DNA of 42,783 nt from Octopus bimaculoides. Taxonomy: Eukaryota. A program made the position numbers and the translations under genes. The stretch lies in contig NC_068982.1 of assembly GCF_001194135.2 (NCBI RefSeq), positions 23,109,539-23,152,321 on the forward strand, written 5' to 3'. Shown here piece after piece: positions 37,830-42,783 of the stretch. The notes under the pieces are model-generated. The model had not been told where the DNA came from. It saw only the letters and a program-made list of their open reading frames with translations, and did not search any database. How positions within the stretch are numbered: position 1 is the stretch's first letter; each line of letters opens with the position of its first letter.

Positions 37830-38569
37830 NNNNNNNNNNNNNNNNNNNNNNNNNNNNNNNNNNNNNNNNNNNNNNNNNNNNNNNNNNNNNNNNNNNNNNN
37901 NNNNNNNNNNNNNNNNNNNNNNNNNNNNNNNNNNNNNNNNNNNNNNNNNNNNNNNNNNNNNNNNNNNNNNNNNNNNNNNNNNNNNNNNNNNNNNNNNNNN
38001 NNNNNNNNNNNNNNNNNNNNNNNNNNNNNNNNNNNNNNNNNNNNNNNNNNNNNNNNNNNNNNNNNNNNNNNNNNNNNNNNNNNNNNNNNNNNNNNNNNNN
38101 NNNNNNNNNNNNNNNNNNNNNNNNNNNNNNNNNNNNNNNNNNNNNNNNNNNNNNNNNNNNNNNNNNNNNNNNNNNNNNNNNNNNNNNNNNNNNNNNNNNN
38201 NNNNNNNNNNNNNNNNNNNNNNNNNNNNNNNNNNNNNTATATGTATGTATATATATATATGTATGTATGTATGTTAAATTCAAATTACGATGAACATAAA
38301 CAAACAAACAAAGTTTGCTTTTAGAAGCATTGAGATGTCTTAGAAAGTTAAAGAAGTGATTTTAAATTCTCAAACACAGGATAATGCTAATAATATAGCC
38401 TGAACAGGATAAACTACCCCTATTTTACAGAAAAAAGTTTAAGCGGCCAGCTATGAGACTCATAGATGGCCGCCTACACTTTTTTCTGCAAAATAGGGAT
38501 ATATATATATATATATACGTATGGGTATGTGTGGTTGTGTGCGTGTGTGTGTGTGTGTGTGTGTGGTTG

Positions 38570-38820
38570 TTGGAGAATTACTACCAGTTAAACAGCCGCA
38601 ATTTCTGGCGTTCTGATTCCCCTGAAAGTAATCGCATGGATTACTATGTGGACTGTGTGGTTTAAAAGGACACTAATTGCTCTGTCTGCAACACTAAGGC
38701 TGAGCTGGTGGCTAAGACCAAGGAGGTGTTTGAAGGTCCTCCCATGGACACATTAAACAACGCATGCATCGCGTTCTGAAAACACCTTGAGGCCTTCTTG
38801 GAAGCTGTTAACTTCCAGCG
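38570..38820 (+). mobile_element. C-terminal fragment of another maT/DD37D-like transposase
   Basis: Reads LENYYQLNSRNFWRSDSPESNRMDYYVDCVV*KDTNCSVCNTKAELVAKTKEVF...ACIAF*KHLEAFLEA, matching the FWPPxSPDxNPMDYYVW...CNTKxEL...RLEAV pattern. Confidence 0.8.
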
Positions 38821-39298
38821 ATTGTCTAGTTCAGTGTTTCCTAACCGGGATCCATATGTCCTTTGGAGGTCCACATACGATATTTTTGTTAAACATTTAT
38901 ATGCAATAAATTGGTTTACACTTCTACAATTCACAAAATATTTTAACAATTTTTTATACAATTCCTAATGATAACTAATTATAAAAATATAATAAGAGCT
39001 TTTAAGCATCGAATGGCACTGGGTTGGGGTCCAGGAAAGTAGAATAGGAATCGAAAGAGCCCACAAGTAAAAAGTGACTGAGAAACACTGATCTGTTGGA
39101 TATTTTAATTTTTTATGGTTGGATGAGATATTGTATTTTCGTTTGCGTTTACGCAATCTGAGAATGGTTTGCGAGCAATTTAAAGGGTGCAAGAAGTGAG
39201 AAGTAGATATTCATGCTTTGTACTTGTAAGTGTAATTATATATTCTTACAGGCAATGAATGTCCGTAAAAAACAATAACTCTATTCTATATTTCACAG

Positions 39299-39398
39299 AG
39301 AGGGTATTTACGAAACCAAAGTCTACAGCAACGTAATTGTTAACACCGAAACTGAGGCTGAAAATGACGTATTTCAAATTGACGTTACTGAGTTTGAG
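39299..39398 (+). CDS. Candidate coding exon (phase-2 start) EGIYETKVYSNVIVNTETEAENDVFQIDVTEFE; 3' boundary uncertain
   Basis: Pyrimidine-rich acceptor ctctattctatatttcacAG and a protein-like open frame whose phase is compatible with the 26905 donor. Possible donors lie at 39333 (GTAATT), 39369 (GTATTT) or 39399 (GTTTAT). Confidence 0.3.
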
Positions 39399-39671
39399 GT
39401 TTATAATTTTGAATTTGGGTTGAAAAGCCTGGTTGTGTATATATATATGTGTATGTTTACAAAAACACACATGCGTGCATGCGCGTACACATATATGTTA
39501 TATAGTCATTGGTTAGCGGCAGTTAGACAGCTACCATAAGTAACTAAATCGGCTCACTGGCCAGATGCAGCAACGAACAATTACCTTCTAACCAGCTACA
39601 AGTAATGACTACACAAACTATTACTGCTCAAAAGAAAGAAAGAAAAATTAGTGTGTGCTTATGAACAACTG

Positions 39672-39711
<40 letters not shown>

Positions 39712-39748
39712 ATGTGTGTGTGTGTGTGTACATATATATACACACACG

Positions 39749-39807
<59 letters not shown>

Positions 39808-39847
39808 GGAGAGAGAGAGAGAGAGAGAGAGAGAAAGGGGAATAGAA

Positions 39848-39925
39848 GCCTCTTGCACAAGATGCCAGGCTGAGGGACCGAAGCGAGAGCCATGTGGTCC
39901 GGAAGTAACTTTACATATTTAGCCG
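39848..39925 (-). mobile_element. Diverged SINE head (family of 14330)
   Basis: Minus strand reads gcggctaaatatgtaaagttacttccggaccacatggctctcgcttcggtccc...ggcatcttgtgcaagaggc, which parallels 14335-14405. Confidence 0.6.
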
Positions 39926-40945
39926 CATACACATACACACATACACATCCATACTCACACACACGTACGCACACTCACGAACACCCACATGCGCACACAC
40001 GCACACACACACTGACACATATATGTACGTATGTATGCTTGCACACTCTATTGTCTTTAAGTAATATTTTATATTCCTTTAAGCCTTAACGTTAAATTTT
40101 AACGGAGTGAATTTTATTGTCTCTCTTCGAAAAACATATATTGCCCACACCATAAAACGTCAAGCATTGTTCTTATGTCGGTAATAATATTTTTACAAAA
40201 AAACACTTCAGAGATGTAGACGTTATGTTCCATTGAATTTCTTCTACGACACTATATATTATCTACTACAGAAATTGTATAAGGAGCGTTGTTGTTTCTA
40301 GCATCTACCATCCTCACTTCTCTTTTAGTCATTAGAAACATATATATGACCACGTGCTATAATCGATGGACTGTCAGACAACCGCAGTACAATATTTGTA
40401 CTTGCAATTTCTTATTTTAAACCAGGTAAAATTTGCTTCCTAAATTTTCTCAAGATCTGATCTTCATCTGGATATTGTATTACAAATAATAAAAATGTCA
40501 GCCGGTTTCGAGTCCAGACAAAAGAAGAGCTTAGTTAAGAGACAGCGACATCTTAAAAACGTGTAGCTAAGGTTAGGACGAAAATATCGCAAGCATGGAC
40601 GTTAGGATGTTCATCGCAATACAGAGTAGATAAGGATTATGGAACATGTATGCATGTATGTATCTTTGTATGTGTGTAAGTACTATATGTATATACGCAT
40701 CCATTTCCAAGTGACTTTATCTTAATCCTTTTGATGCGACTCTACTCTATACTGTTTTCTCGCTCTACTGTTTCCTCTCTCATCCTTTCTCTATTTCCCT
40801 TTTTCGCCCCTTTACCGTTCTCTGTCTATCTCTCTCTCCCTCACTTTTTCCTTTACTCTCTCTCTCTCTCCCTCTCTCTCTTTCGTTGCTCACACGTGAC
40901 CATCGTCCATCATTTCCTCACTTGATCATCTTTCTTTTCTTTCAG

Positions 40946-41000
40946 GGCTGTTCTAAGGACTGGACGTATCCTATATCTCTCTCTTCTAGCCTTTCTCTTG
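40946..41000 (+). CDS. Weak candidate exon (55 nt): GCSKDWTYPISLSSSLSL (phase 0) or AVLRTGRILYLSLLAFLL (phase 2)
   Basis: Strong acceptor catctttcttttctttcAG and donor TG|GTAAAG at 41001. Two frames are open, so the frame is unresolved. Confidence 0.25.
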
Positions 41001-42196
41001 GTAAAGAAAATATTGCTCCAGCGTTCGCTAGTTTAACCCCGTTCTGGTCTAACGACTCTCTATGTTTGTTTCCGTTCGGGTTCCTTGTATGTCTCAACTG
41101 TCCTATTTTTGTAACCAACTTTGACCCTCCATAAATCCCAAATTTTATTTTGGTACTTATGGGAACAACTGTTTTCGAAGACACATATTGTCGTTCAAAT
41201 GCTCGAAATGAGGAGTAGATAGACAACGGACAACCAATGAAGAGTCATTTTTTTATGTTACTTATCCCGTTTTCCATTTGTTTCTCCCGTTGTTTGCGTA
41301 TTGAAATCATTGTTTTCGTATTTCGTGTTGCTTACATTTGGTGACGTCCTGTACTCACATATGCATGTATATATNNNNNNNNNNNNNNNNNNNNNNNNNN
41401 NNNNNNNNNNNNNNNNNNNNNNNNNNNNNNNNNNNNNNNNNNNNNNNNNNNNNNNNNNNNNNNNNNNNNNNNNNNNNNNNNNNNNNNNNNNNNNNNNNNN
41501 NNNNNNNNNNNNNNNNNNNNNNNNNNNNNNNNNNNNNNNNNNNNNNNNNNNNNNNNNNNNNNNNNNNNNNNNNNNNNNNNNNNNNNNNNNNNNNNNNNNN
41601 NNNNNNNNNNNNNNNNNNNNNNNNNNNNNNNNNNNNNNNNNNNNNNNNNNNNNNNNNNNNNNNNNNNNNNNNNNNNNNNNNNNNNNNNNNNNNNNNNNNN
41701 NNNNNNNNNNNNNNNNNNNNNNNNNNNNNNNNNNNNTGAATAAAATATATAGCATGGTGTAAAATAAATTAAAACACAGGAATGGATTTTCGAGTGCTGC
41801 ACAAATTATTTCGTTAGGAGTCTTTAAGGTTAGCGTAATATAATTATTCAGACTATGCAATACACGAAACAACTGGCAAGCTCACGAAGCAACTTCTCAA
41901 ACCAGATTGACGCAATTATTTGATGAGTGAGCTATTGATTCTCAACGAGCGTAGTTACAAATGAAACTACCTATAATTGGGAATGTCCACAAGTTATCAC
42001 TCAAGGGTCGTATAAAGTAGGGAAGAGTTGCAAATATAATGACAGTTATACACATTCGAAGAGAGTGATAAAAGAAAAAAGACTGAGGAAAACATTTACG
42101 TTCGGTAAGCAAACATGGGCATGCACATACACATGCACACAGACATATAAACACAGACTCACACAGGCACAACGCATAGACATATATATACTTACG

Positions 42197-42283
<87 letters not shown>

Positions 42284-42783
42284 GAAAAAATAATAAGGTA
42301 CTCAGATATCTGGATGGGTGTATATTTACAGATTCTTATTAATATGTCACATGTTGTATAAATATTAGCGCCTGCACCTATTCTTGTAGGTTCTTCAAAT
42401 ATGATTTCCCTTCAGAGGATCAGTCTCTTTTTATAGTATTAATGAATGTGTAGGGGTGGAGAGAGAGATATAGCATAGTAAAAGAAGGTGAGGAATGGGG
42501 GGAAAAGTGAGAGAGTGTGTGTGTGTGTTTTTGTATGTGTGAGTGTTTTTGTGTTGGTGTATGTGTGTGGGTGCGTGTGTGTGTGCCTGTGTATCTGTAA
42601 GGAGTGTCAATGAGAAAGAGAAGGAAAGGTGAAAGAAGAAAGAAGAAAATTATGTTTACAGCTGGTCAGTTATTAGGAAGAAAGTTGTTTTGCAAAGAGT
42701 TGCAACCATTTTCCAGTGGGAGAGAGTTACAACCATCCAGATATCTGAGTACGTTATTATTTTTTCTAATACATAATTCCTGT

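Overview
This is AT-rich, microsatellite-saturated animal genomic DNA with 12 N-gaps. The SINE families match, from memory, those of octopus, so an octopod genome is the most likely source (inference, not a database result). There is no intact long ORF, and I see no rRNA, functional tRNA or CRISPR array; nearly all tracked ORFs are microsatellite or gap artefacts, or transposon relics. Recognisable content: (i) decayed LINEs, namely an R4/Dong-like RLE element in two pieces and a CR1-type RT fragment; (ii) decayed DNA transposons, namely a Tc1 DD34E, three maT/DD37D-like mariner pieces and a Chapaev3-like N-terminus; (iii) an 830-bp foldback element with head-to-head TTAGGG-like repeats at its centre; (iv) many tRNA-derived SINEs; and (v) a few candidate + strand exons of an unidentified host gene, including a 21-nt microexon. 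The most unusual signal is a SINE family built as a tRNA-like Pol III head, an (AAT)n tract, and a tail containing a hammerhead-ribozyme-like core (CUGAUGA-stem-GAAAC). The tail is present three times, once in a Penelope-style inverted arrangement.
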